DNA of 33,000 bases from Octopus sinensis (GCF_006345805.1 NC_042998.1:29884001-29917000); one strand, 5' to 3'. Shown: positions 13,111 to 24,316, counted from the stretch's first letter. The notes: a model not told the origin generated them from the sequence alone. Made by a program: numbers and translations.

Positions 13111-13154
13111 TATTCAGCGTATGTTTATGGTAACATCTGTTACCATTTATTCGG

Positions 13155-13604
13155 CATTTGATTTCAGGGAATATATGTATGTATGTAGGTATATATGTAT
13201 ATATAAATATATATATATATATGTATATATGTATAATATATATATATGTACATGTATGTATGTATGTGTATGTATGTATATATGTATATAAATGTATGTA
13301 TATATGTATATAAATGTATGTATATATGTATATATATGTATGTATATATGTATATATATATGTATGTATATATGTATAATATGTAGTATATATGTATATA
13401 TTATGTATGTATATATGTATATATATATGTTGTATATATATATGTATGTATATATGTATATATATATTTATGTATATATGTATATATATATGTATGTATT
13501 ATGTATATATATATGTATGTTATTATATGTATATATATATGTATGTATATATGTATATATATATATGTATGTATATATGTATATATTATGATGATGTATA
13601 TATG

Positions 13605-13636
<32 letters not shown>

Positions 13637-14490
13637 TATATGTATGTATATATGTATATATATATGTATGTATACGCATGTATGTATATATGTATATATA
13701 TATATATATGTATGTATACGTATGTATGTATATATATGTATGTATACGTATGTATGTATATATATGTATGTATACGTATGTATGTATATATGTATGTATA
13801 CGTATGTACGTATATATGTATATATATATGTATGTATACGTATGTACGTATATATGTATATATATATGTATGTATACGTACATACGTATATATGTATATA
13901 TATGTATGTATACGTATGTATGTATATATGCATATATATTTATGTATAAGTATATATGTATATATATGTATGCATACGTATGTATGTATATATGCATATA
14001 TATTTATGTATACGTATATATGTATATATATATGTATGCATACGTATGTATGTATATGTATGCATACGTATATATGTATATATATATGTATGCATACGTA
14101 TGTATGTATATGTATGCATACGTATGTATGTATATGTATGCATACGTATGTATGTATATGTATGCATACGTATGTATGTATATGTATGTATACGTATGTA
14201 TGTATATGTATGTATACGTATGTATGTACATGTATGTATACGTATGTATGTATACGTATGTATATGTATGTATGTATGTATATGTATCTGTGTATGTGTA
14301 TGTATTTGTATGTATGTATAAATGTATGTAATATGTATATGCATGTATATATATATATAAAGGTAGATATGCATATGTAGATATGTATATCTATATATAT
14401 ATATATGTATGTATGTATATGTATATGGATGTGTACGTATGTGTGTGTATGTCTGTCTGTGTGTGCATGTATGTATATATATATATATCT
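13155..14490. repeat. 1.3-kb compound (TA)/(TATG) microsatellite with 28-bp and 24-bp higher-order units
   Basis: CG marker positions 13719/13747/13775 (period 28) and 14121/14145/14169/14193/14217 (period 24). Confidence 0.95.
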
Positions 14491-14595
14491 GTACTTATAA
14501 TATGTAACAATCATTCAGTAGCCGTATGTTTACAGATAAATTCCTCTATAATATCGAGGTCTCTTTCATTCTTTTGTTGTCTTACCATTTCTATC

Positions 14596-14639
<44 letters not shown>

Positions 14640-15051
14640 TATATAGATATGAGAAAAATGTGATTAATATCCTGGCATTTATCGAATAAGCACCGGTATT
14701 AAGGAGTAATGTTAAATTTCCAAGCAATATATACCAGTATGTATTTAGAATACAGATCCCATGTAAATCCTCGTGTATGACAGGTAAATCCATCAATATG
14801 CATGTATAATTTTACGAAATTCAGAGTATTAACGACGATCAATAATTTGTACAAGAAAATCATTGCTTTATTTTCGATCACAGTTTAAAAACCCAACAAC
14901 TGTTGCAATTGCATTAATATACATATATATATATATATATAAATTATTCATATATAAATATTCATATATAGACATATACGTATATAGACATATATATATA
15001 TATGTTTATATTTTGTGTATATATATATATATATATATATATACACAATAT

Positions 15052-15986
15052 AAAATACCTACGTCGCAGGCGTGAGGAAACGTTCAGAACTCGAGGAATA
15101 CGAGATGATAACCAAGCGGGGAAAGCATCACAGAGAGCGTCGCCGAAAACTCCGGTACCAACGCCACAGATAATGTACAAACCATAGATACAAATAAAGT
15201 GACCAGGCCCGCACCTAAAACTAATAACCTATCCAGAACCAAAGACTTGGAGGAAGTATCTGCCGTTCCCATTTCTGCCATCTCAGATGAACATCAAACA
15301 TTTGTGCATCCTAATTAGTGGCAGTTCATCTTAGACAAGACTCTTGAGATTCATTTTATCATTTGACACCAACATCAAGCCTCATCGGAGCGATCCAGAT
15401 TTAGACTCACGCTTGTATTGTGTCGAGAGCATCAATAAAGATGGATCAGCTTTCAAGCAGAAGGTTCCAAGGGACTGTCGTATTAAGTGGTATTTTCGGC
15501 AGCCATTTGGACCTTGCATATAATCATGTTATGTGTGTGCGTGTGCTTCATTCTGTGCCTACTTGACACACACTTGAACACAAACACACACACACCTTCG
15601 ACACGAATCACCCCTAACCACCAGTCATCTATGTGTGACATATCAAAGATCGAGGGACTCCGTGTGATATTAGATGTAAATTGATTATCCGGGCACGTAT
15701 ATTAAGAGAAGTGGCCTTTGCAAGATCTGGGTCGCAGAGAGAACCAGAATTCTTTAGAAGTATAAGAAGCCTGACGCATTAAAAAGCCGTAAAGAATTTA
15801 GTAAATGTATCCACTTCAAGTGCTACTTACTAGAAAATTGGATCTCCCCGTTTGCTCGTTAGGACTCTCCGAGTCTATAAAACTTTTCTCCCGCCTTTGA
15901 TTAAGCGGAAATAACCCGTCCTCATTAACGCTCTTTCGTATCCTCGAGTTCTGAGCTGTTCCTCACGCCTGCGACGTAGATATTTT
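15052..15986. repeat. 52-bp inverted repeat pair (15052-15103 / 15936-15986)
   Basis: AAAATACCTACGTCGCAGGCGTGAGGAAACGTTCAGAACTCGAGGAATACGA vs the reverse complement of the right arm: 4 substitutions and 1 indel. Confidence 0.9.
15309..15558 (+). repeat. Unclassified dispersed repeat, copy 1 (copy 2 at 21812-22028)
   Basis: High-identity direct match starting TCCTAATTAGTGGCAGTTCA; copy 2 lacks a 32-nt block. Confidence 0.9.
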
Positions 15987-16075
15987 TGAACTTTGCATTC
16001 ATATGGCGTCTGAAGGGCTGTCCACAAGGTTTTACTTTGTGGGCGCGAAACCTTGGGTAACTCTACAAAAAATTT
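15600..16075 (+). mobile_element. 3' end of a Penelope-like element (GIY-YIG C-terminus, 3' UTR/pLTR, hammerhead motif)
   Basis: YV*HIKDRGTPCDIRCKLIIRA then, after a frameshift, KRSGLCKIWVAERTRIL*KYKKPDALKSRKEFSKCIHFKCYLLENW..* (stop at 15860). This fits the CxLCxxEK...LN.r.E..SKCRH tail of PLE GIY-YIG domains (Naiad-like, from memory). An HHR-like motif lies 140 nt downstream. Confidence 0.7.
16004..16065 (+). ncRNA. Type I hammerhead ribozyme motif with A9-to-G core substitution (probably inactive)
   Basis: UGGCGU CUGAAGG GC(U)GUCCACAAG-GUUUUAC-UUUGUGGGC-GC GAAAC CUUGG GUA|ACUCUA; stem I pairs 5 of 6, long stem II. Confidence 0.65.
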
Positions 16076-16318
16076 TTTTAGAGTGTGCTTCTTTCTGGTA
16101 TGTCTTTTTATTAACTATATATATATATATATATAATATATATATAATATTATTTAAATTAATAACAATATGTGCAAATATATATGTCAACACAACAATA
16201 TCAAAGTAATCTAAATTGGAGAAATTCTAACTGAAAATTTTTAGCTCTTAAAGAACGCTAATAGAAAAAAATGCCAAAACCAAATTTAGCTTTAGACATC
16301 CGTTCATTCAACCAAGAG

Positions 16319-16465
16319 TGACGTCAATGAATAACTAATTTAGTTTATAAAAATAAAATATAAATAAATTTCTGGTTACGTACTTTTTGACAATTTGAAA
16401 TCTACGCCAAAAAAAGACCTGAAGTAGAAAATAGGTATATCCATCTTCTAAAATTGATGACGTCA
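16319..16465. promoter_or_regulatory. Two perfect CRE palindromes TGACGTCA (16319-16326, 16458-16465)
   Basis: Motifs are seen directly; function is unproven. Confidence 0.3.
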
Positions 16466-16654
16466 CTGGATATCCATATGTGTGTGGATTACCATGATAA
16501 TGTTGTGTTGACAGATATTTCCATAGATATTATTAATTTTAATCATGTATATGTGAATATATATAAACGTATGTATATCTTAATTGAATTGAAGCAGTTG
16601 TTGGATTTTTAAGGTGTAATCCAAAAAAGATAATGAATTTTTCCATACATATTG

Positions 16655-16704
16655 ATTGTTATATATATATATATATATATATATACTGTATACATTATAT
16701 ACAG

Positions 16705-16740
<36 letters not shown>

Positions 16741-16762
16741 CGTTACTATACATATGTATATA

Positions 16763-16804
<42 letters not shown>

Positions 16805-16861
16805 GTTATATACATATGTATATACCTATATATATATATACGTTATATACATATGTATATA

Positions 16862-16899
<38 letters not shown>

Positions 16900-17280
16900 T
16901 ATACGTTATATACATATTATATACTACATATATTATATATAATACGTTTATACTTGTATATACCTACATATATATATATATATATATATATTATCTAATT
17001 ATACGTTATATACATATGTATATATATATATATATCTATATAATATAATCTACGTTATATACATATGTAGATATAAATATAATATATATATATATATTAC
17101 GTTTATATACATATGTATATATATATATATATATATATATTAATATATATACGTTATATACATAATATTTAGTATAATATAGTATATATATATATAATAT
17201 ATATTACGTTTATATACATATGTATATATATAGATATATATATATCTATATATATATATATATACGTTATATACATATAT

Positions 17281-17314
<34 letters not shown>

Positions 17315-17372
17315 CGTTATATACATATGTATATACCTACATATATATATATATATATATGTATGTATATGT
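16655..17372. repeat. (TA)n-embedded minisatellite, about 12 units with core CGTTATATACATATGTATATACC
   Basis: The CGTT marker recurs from about 16741 to 17315 with variable (TA)n spacers. Confidence 0.9.
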
Positions 17373-17377
17373 ACACA

Positions 17378-17623
17378 AGGCTCACTGTATTCATCTATTT
17401 TTCAAAATATTTGGTGACCAGCTTGCTGGCCGCTCTATTATTATTATTATTATTATTATTATTAAGAAGAAGAAGAAGAAGAATGGCAATAACGATTTAT
17501 TGAATTTTATATTGTACTGACTCACTTTGTTCATTTTTTAATGTCACCTGGGCAGTCAGATGAACAAACACATACGGTGTAATGTGATAAATATTTTGAA
17601 AAATAGATGAATACAATGAGCTT
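17378..17623. repeat. 35-bp inverted repeat (17378-17412 / 17589-17623) around (TAT)n(GAA)n
   Basis: 33/35 match between AGGCTCACTGTATTCATCTATTTTTCAAAATATTT and the reverse complement of the right arm. Confidence 0.85.
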
Positions 17624-17799
17624 GGCTGACGATCCTTGAATACAAACGTAGAAAGGGTGAAAACAATTGATACCAAGATATGTTTCTTATTTTGTAGTTT
17701 ATGTAGTTTATACAAGGTAAGCCTGTGATATATATATAATATATTTATCAAATACAATGATCTACATGAATAGTATATTATATTGAATAACATCTTGTA

Positions 17800-20400
17800 T
17801 TAACACTTTAATGAGTAAAAAATGTTTCATAGTTTCTGACCTAACGCCTTCATCAGAAGAAATCATGCATACATGAAATGTGAAAGAGATAATCTCAGCA
17901 TTAGAGAAATAGCGGACGAAAATTTAGTAAGCTATTGAACATGATGTTGTATATAGGTAAGAATGTAGAAAGTAGCGAGTTTCTAAACGGAATAATTGTA
18001 GTAAAGAAGTGTTTGAAACAGGCCTTTAAATTATCGGTGTATATGTTGTGTTTCAGTGTAAAGGTGTACAAATAGGATAAGAATGTGTATCTGGACTTAG
18101 GTGCGGGGCGAATGTGAAGTAAAAAGATGCTGGTGAATGAAATAGTATTCTAAGGGCTATACGGAGGATGTAACTGTGTGAATGACAAAAAGTGTATGAG
18201 TTGTGTATGAATGTTAGCTGTTTTATCACAGAATACATGTTTTAAACTAGAATTTTAAGTGAAAAGAAAAAGAACGAAAATTTATAATTCTTCGGAGTGC
18301 AGAAAACCAAAGATACAAATTTACAGATCATTGATAAAACCTCCGGAGATAGACTATGCAACTGATGGTAATAAGCTGATAAGAAGCACAGAAGGGAGAT
18401 AACTGTGAAGAGAAACTGGTAAAACCCTTGGAGGAAAAATAACTTCAACAAGTTTGAAGCTTTATTTAGCATACATAAAATATAAATTTATATCTTTGAA
18501 CGTATGAGGTGTAAAATATATGATGGGGTAGAATGTATCGTATATTGAAAGATGGTGTTGGGGATGTCTTTAACTGAGGAAAGTATCGAGAGAGACGTAC
18601 AGTGGGTAGAAAGATGAGTTTCGTCGTCACCAAAGCAGGAGGAGCAAAATAAAGACAAATGTGTGCGTGAATGAGTGCACGTGTATATATGTGAGCCTGT
18701 CTTTGGTTTGTGAGTGTTTCTGTGTCCCAATGTGTGTATATATGTCAATGAATGCGTATAAGTGGAAAACGTGAGCATATGTATGTCAAGGAGAGTATGC
18801 GTTTGTGAGTTTGCTTATGTCCAACAGTTGGTGGGTTTGTTGTGGGTATCTTCGTGCTGGTCTGTGTGGGCTTCAAAGGGACAAGATTGTGGCTGAAGTG
18901 GTTTATGTGCTTTAGTGTGCGTGTCCGAAAAGTAGAAGTGTTTGGGTTTTCGTATATGTGCAAGTTGATATCTGTAGTTATATACGTCAGATGTCCTGAG
19001 AGAATGAGTGAGTCCGTGCCAAAAACACAAAATGCTTGTATATTTCCATGTTTGATTGAGATAAAAGGTGTGTAGGTGTTCATGGGTAGTGCATGTATCT
19101 ATGTAGAAACTGTTTTAATGTGTTATATATACATGCGTATGAGTGAATATGTCTCTAGTTGGGGAACCTGTGAGCTGCGAAAGCGTACGGGTACAAAGGG
19201 ATAGGATGTATAGTACTGAAGAAAGTGGGCAGAAAATACAGCGGAAAATAATTGAGGTGTCTACATCTGGAGAGAGATGTGTTATTGTTTTTGAGGACGA
19301 ATTATAGATGATTCTGTGCTAGAAAGCATCACGAAGACCGAAGGATATTGAGTGGATTGGAAAGTAGATTCGAAATATCAGAAGCCAAGCAACCGATTGA
19401 CTTCTAGGACGTTCCTTAACCGCTCAGTGAACCTGCCGGACAGTCCACGATCGGTTTGTTCAACGAAGATCAAATTGCCGATATATATTTGGGAAAGGTT
19501 TGGTTGTTGGTCCCGCTGATGTTGGTGTTTGAAAGGAAAAGCCGTGTATAAGCGCGAGGATATGAAAAGGAAAGAGGTTCGAGTTGGAGATGGGATATAG
19601 CGAAGGAGGAGCAATGGCCGATGAGGCTGCTTAGGAGGCTGCAGGGCAGCTTGAAAGAAAGAACGACTGCGAAAGGGGAGAAACAAGAGAAGGCATTCAG
19701 AAATTGTATGCGGTGAAAGGCGCAGAGGATGGTATACTATACCGGTAGGATGGTGCAGTGATAGGGGAAAAGGAATAGGGTGAGATGGGTTCCAAATACG
19801 GGGTACAAGGTTTGTGATGTGATCTAGGGAAAGAGCAGTTTGGGTATGTGTAGGGGTTTAAAAGCGTCGAATGAATTTATTAGTCACGTGATGAACGTGG
19901 ATATCTACGCCAAAGTTTCGACTGCAGACGCAGCAGAAACTAGCAAACTGTGAACAGGGAATAGAGTACTTGGTATGGGAGAGGAGTGCAAGGAGAGGCC
20001 ATTACAGGAATGGGTGTTGATAAGTTTATAGAAAAGAAATTGAACGTGGTATGGTCAATAGAGACAGCAATGCCTTGGAAATTACGGAAAATGGGGGAGG
20101 TGAACTGGCGAGAAGTTAGAAAGGCACTTGAGAAAAAAAGATTCAAAAGTTTAGGGCAAAAACTATTTCATTTGAACATGGGCCTGGAAATCGTAGGCGT
20201 TTGAATTATAAATCATGAGGCCTACGCTAAGAAGAAAAGGCTCAGTTTCGGAAAAATTATGGGAGAGATATGCGTGGATGAGTGTTCGTTTAGTTGGAGT
20301 GATTGTGAAAGGCATCCCGAGAAATAGGGACAGAAGAAGAGGGGGCTATAGGCAGTGCGAAGGGGTTGCGTAATTGGTACTAGTGGTATAAGCAGGTGAG
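17800..20400 (-). mobile_element. Decayed Penelope-like retroelement (RT thumb, linker, GIY-YIG at about 20300-19200; long 3' region with relic HHR core at 17832-17856)
   Basis: Minus frames give FQGIAVSI, HTKYSIPCSQF, FIRR, IPFPLSLHHPT, YPRAYTRLFLSNTNISGTNNQTFP and NLIFVEQTDRGLSGRFTERLRNV. These match PLE patterns FLDisvsi, SipYSQflRlrRlCS, ipfpltYHP, prCxtCpfl and lYIGqTgrrLadRfaEHlr. Confidence 0.7.
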
Positions 20401-21144
20401 AGAGATTTAGAGAAATGGGAAGGTCCTGTGGAAACGACAAGAAATGAGTAGTGACATGTGAATATATAAATACATATATACATAATACATAGATACATAT
20501 ATATACATATACATATATATATAATATACATGTATATATACATATATATATATATGTGTGTATACATATATATATGTCTCTGTATGCGAGTATGTATGGA
20601 AATAATCATAAACAAACACATAAATGTATAGGTTATAAATATATGCATATATATTCTCTTGTGCGTATTTATGTAACGACGAATGAATGTACATACGTAA
20701 ATCTGTGTGTATGTGTGTGTGTGTGAGGTTGTATATGAATGAATGAACGTATGTAGATATAATTCAAACTTTGCTTAACTATTATAAAGATTTATTTCAG
20801 AAAAGAATAATCTAATACTAATCTTAAGTCGATTGATCTCACAGCCTTCTGATTGCCTTTAGAACTACTAGAACGCATAGTCGTGTTTGTACACGATTAA
20901 TAGTCTAACAGAAAAGAAAAAAACATTTAGTACACACATAATATTCAATTAATGAATTCTTGTATGTCAGTCTGTTACGAACAACACATACTTTTAAGCG
21001 TATTATATATATAACAACATATAGCTATATATATATGCCCACAACCACACAATTGTACACTTACACATATACACTTACACATATACATTTACACGTGCAC
21101 ACATATGTGCAATCAGGTATTATGTATATTTACATATACATATA

Positions 21145-21585
21145 TACAGGTTGATCTGGGGAACAAACCGCACTTTACCATCCGTAAATAGAAAAATGAC
21201 TGAACGTGTTTCTAAGGTTGATGTCAAAGTTTAACTTACCAAATTCCACTCTGCATCAAAATAGCCAATACCGGTCGGGTGGCACATTAATTTCCAATAT
21301 GCACACTAGGTTCGCTAGTCACAATGAGTTGGACATCGCCAGTTTAATAAATGTGGTCAAGTACGCTGCGTTCAGGATTGGGAAATTGCTGGAATGCTGG
21401 GACGGTAAAGTTTCTTTTGTAGCTATGGGTGCGAAGAAATCCCAACGGTCTTTTATCTCCAGATTGATCAGGTTCATAGAGCGAGATTAGGACATCAAGG
21501 TGAGCCTCACTTGATGATGGTCATTAGCGCTAAAAAACTGCTAGAGTCACCTATCAGTTGTGTGGTGCATCGGTTATATGCCCTA
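21145..21585 (+). mobile_element. 5' end of a second mariner (maT-like) element: terminus plus decayed N-terminal HTH region
   Basis: TA|CAGG terminus; HNELDIASLINVVKYAAFRIGKLLECWDGKVSFVA..KKSQRSFISRLIRFIER resembles maT N-termini; truncated by a SINE. Confidence 0.45.
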
Positions 21586-21591
21586 ATTAAT

Positions 21592-21805
21592 CCTTCCTGC
21601 ATTAGGCACAAGGCCTGAAATTTTGCGGGAGGATATAAGTCGATTACATCGAGCCTAGTCCACAACTGGTACTTATTTTATCGAACCTCAAAGGATGAAA
21701 CGCAAAGGCGACCTCGGCAGCATTTGAACTCAGAATGTAAATCCGGACGAAATATCGCAAAGCGCTTTGTCCGTCGTGCTAACGATCCTGCCAGCTCGCC
21801 GCCTT
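21592..21805 (-). mobile_element. SINE family A, type-1 tail
   Basis: Reverse complement of the family-A head (GGCGGCGAGCTGGCAGGATCGTTAGCACG), B box and CAGGCCTTGTGCCTA tail. Confidence 0.85.
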
Positions 21806-21811
21806 TGTGTG

Positions 21812-22028
21812 TCCTAATTAGTGGCAGTTCATGTTAGACAAGACTCTTGAGATTCATTTCATCATTTGACACCAACATTAAGTCTAATGGGAGCGTTCCA
21901 GATTTAGAATCATGCTTGTATTGTGTCCAGAGCATCAATAAAATGGATCGTATTAAGTGGTATTTTCGGCAGCCATTTGGACCTTGCATATAATCATGAT
22001 TAGGGTGTGCGTGTGCTTCATTCTATGC
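21812..22028 (+). repeat. Unclassified dispersed repeat, copy 2
   Basis: Direct match to 15309-15558. Confidence 0.9.
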
Positions 22029-22066
22029 ATGAGCCCTCGCTTTCACACACGTGAACACACACACAC

Positions 22067-22272
22067 ATTTCTTTATTGCCCACAAGGGGGCTAAACATAG
22101 AAGGGACAAACAAGGACAGACAAAGGGATTAAGTCGATTAGATCGACCCCAGTGCGAAACTGGTACTTTATTTATCGGCCCCGAAAGGATGAAAGGCAAA
22201 GTCGACCTCGGCGGAATTTGAACTCAGAACGTAACGGCAGACGAAATACGGCTACGCATTTCGCCCGGCGTG
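22067..22272 (-). mobile_element. SINE family A, type-2 tail, slightly 5'-truncated, inserted in (CA)n
   Basis: Near-consensus body; tail ..GCCCCCTTGTGGGCAATAAAGAAAT; CA repeats on both flanks. Confidence 0.9.
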
Positions 22273-22329
22273 ACACACACACACACACATATATATATAT
22301 GTAGTGTAAGTACAAAGAAGAAAAAGATA

Positions 22330-22870
22330 CCACAGCGCTTGAGGAACCAGTTTCAAATATGTTATTATCTTAATGTTTTAATGGAAACGAATGTAAGTCA
22401 GTTTTGCAGACGTTGGTGCTTCATGAGAAACAAGTATACATGAAGTGAGAAAGAGCGATATATCGTGTGAAAAACAGACAAAATAAAAGGTTAACGGTTA
22501 GAAACCGGGTGGAAATGTTGTTCAGGGCGGAGTGGGAATTAGTTAAGAAGACAAGATTTGCAGATGCATGTCTGGGTGTACCAGCGTTCGAAAATGGCTT
22601 CAAGGTGAATGGTGTGTGTGGGTTAGTACGGTGTGTATGTTTATAGAGGTGAGCAAGTGCGGAAGTATAGAAGCGTTCGATAGGGGCGAAAGCGTGAATA
22701 TGATGAGGGGAAATGGGCTTGAGCTCGAGACGAAAACACATTTGAAAATCACGACGGATGACAAGATCAATGTTGAGGAGTTCTTTGATATGTGCACTAG
22801 TGCTTAACAAAGGAATGAAGGAGAGTGAACAAGTTATGGAATTCGATTGGTTTAAACTGAAATTTGAAAA
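22330..22870 (-). mobile_element. Probable heavily decayed Penelope-like fragment with relic HHR at 22340-22375
   Basis: Purine/pyrimidine skew like 19200-20400; weak linker-like peptide PLSNASILPHLLTSINIHT; AUUAAGA-U-AAUA-ACA-UAUU-U-GAAAC at its 3' end. Confidence 0.35.
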
Positions 22871-22934
22871 CACATACATACATATATGCGCGCGCGCGTG
22901 TTTATAGTAGAGAGTGAAAGATGGCTACGTGGAT

Positions 22935-22965
<31 letters not shown>

Positions 22966-23139
22966 CCAATTAAGGATTGAACACGAAAAAGTGGTATATA
23001 TAATTGGTATATATAAATATTTAATCTTCGGATTCTTTTTTAATATGCTAGACCACTGGTTAATTGATAAATATGATTTCTACCCTTAATTAATTTTATA
23101 TATATATATATTATATATATATATAATATATATATATAT

Positions 23140-23350
23140 ATATTAAAATGGGGAGGCCCGTTTATGGGATTACTCTGGATTTCACGTCCGTAAGGCGCTT
23201 AGCTTTACGGCGTATCTTCAGATCCCCAAACTGTTGGCTTATGGCCTCTCTAGCGAACGGCATCTCTCGAAAATGGAGATGGAATGGACCTTGCTACTAA
23301 ATGTCAACAACAAGATATTGTCTTCGTTTGGATATTGATCGTAAATGTCA
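23140..23350 (-). mobile_element. 3'-terminal Penelope-like fragment carrying a hammerhead
   Basis: Minus frame KTISCC*HL resembles the SKCRH end of GIY-YIG (CGA to TGA); a complete HHR starts about 60 nt downstream; ends at (TA)n. Confidence 0.6.
23166..23226 (-). ncRNA. Type I hammerhead ribozyme, invariant core bases intact; predicted cleavage between 23171 and 23170
   Basis: GGGAU CUGAAGA U ACG-CCGUAAAG-CUAAGCG-CCUUACGG-A-CGU GAAA U-CCAGA-G UA|AUCCC: 5-bp stem I, long stem II, minimal stem III (A-U, U.G), GUA triplet. Confidence 0.8.
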
Positions 23351-23390
23351 GAAACCGGCTTTATCTGACTTTATTTCTATAATATACTGC

Positions 23391-23630
23391 TGGCTGTGTG
23401 GTAAGTAGCTTGCTTACGAACCACATGGTTCCGGATTCAGTACCACTGCGTGGCACCTTGGGCAAGTGTCTTCTACTATAGCCTCGTTCTGAGTTCAAAT
23501 CCGGCGAGTTCGACTTTGCCTTTTATTTTTTCGAGGTCGATAAATTAAGTATTTGTTGTGTACTGGGGTCGGTCTAATCGACTAACACCCTCCCCCAAAA
23601 TTTCAGGCCTTGTGCTTAGAGTAGAAAAGA
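23391..23630 (+). mobile_element. Chimeric SINE: family-B head (23391-23486) fused to family-A body and type-1 tail
   Basis: TGGCTGTGTGGTAAG..GGCACCTTGGGCAAGTGTCTTCTACTATAGCCTCG joined directly to TTCTGAGTTCAAAT. Confidence 0.8.
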
Positions 23631-23648
23631 ATATTTATCAATAACAAA

Positions 23649-23840
23649 GGGCGGTGAGCTGGCAGAACCGTTAGGACGCTGGGCGAAATGCTTAGCGGTA
23701 TTTCGTCTACCGTTACGTTCTGAGTTCAAATTCCACCGAGTTCCACTTTGCCATTAATCCTTTCGAGTCGATGTAATTGACTTAATCCCTTTGTCTGTCC
23801 TTGTTTGTCCGCTGTAGCCCCCTGTGGCCAATGAATAGAT
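23649..23840 (+). mobile_element. SINE family A, type-2 tail, with internal deletion
   Basis: GGGCGGTGAGCTGGCAGAACCG head, B box, TTAATCCCTTTGTCTGTCC tail. Confidence 0.85.
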
Positions 23841-23907
23841 AAACAAATATATATCTATAGCAAAAAAATATTTCTGATACATTTACAAAGTAGTGATATA
23901 TATATAT

Positions 23908-23949
<42 letters not shown>

Positions 23950-23985
23950 TGATTATCTATTTTATTTATAAATACTTCGAATCTA

Positions 23986-24298
23986 CTCTTTTATTCTTTA
24001 CCTTCTATCAGTCATCTGACTGCGGCCATATTGAAGCACCGCCTTTAGTGGAAAAAATCGACGCCAGGACTTATTCTTTGTAAGTCTAGTACTTATTCTA
24101 TCGGCCTTTTTTGCCGAACCACTCGGCACACACACACGACGGATTTCTTTGTTTCCGTCAGCTAAAATTCACTCACTAGACTTTCGTCGGCCCGAAGCTG
24201 TAGCAGAAACACTTGCTGAAGGTGCCCATACAGTGTGACTGAACCCGGGACTATGTGCTTAGGAAGCAAGTTTCCTACCTTTAGCCTCTCTTGCGCCT
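23986..24298 (-). mobile_element. SINE family B, diverged
   Basis: Colinear with 28412-28821. Confidence 0.8.
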
Positions 24299-24316
24299 GT
24301 ATATACTAACTACAAA

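Noticed and set aside
13292-14646. Long ORFs up to 348 aa (also at 6-474, 16609-17417, 20346-20694, 32523-32829)
   Set aside because: Y/I/M/C/V/H/T-only translations of stop-free TA/TG microsatellites.
15558-21812. 250-bp direct repeats as the LTRs of one retroelement
   Set aside because: No PBS, PPT, TG..CA ends, TSD or gag/pol between them; the interior is a mix of unrelated relics.
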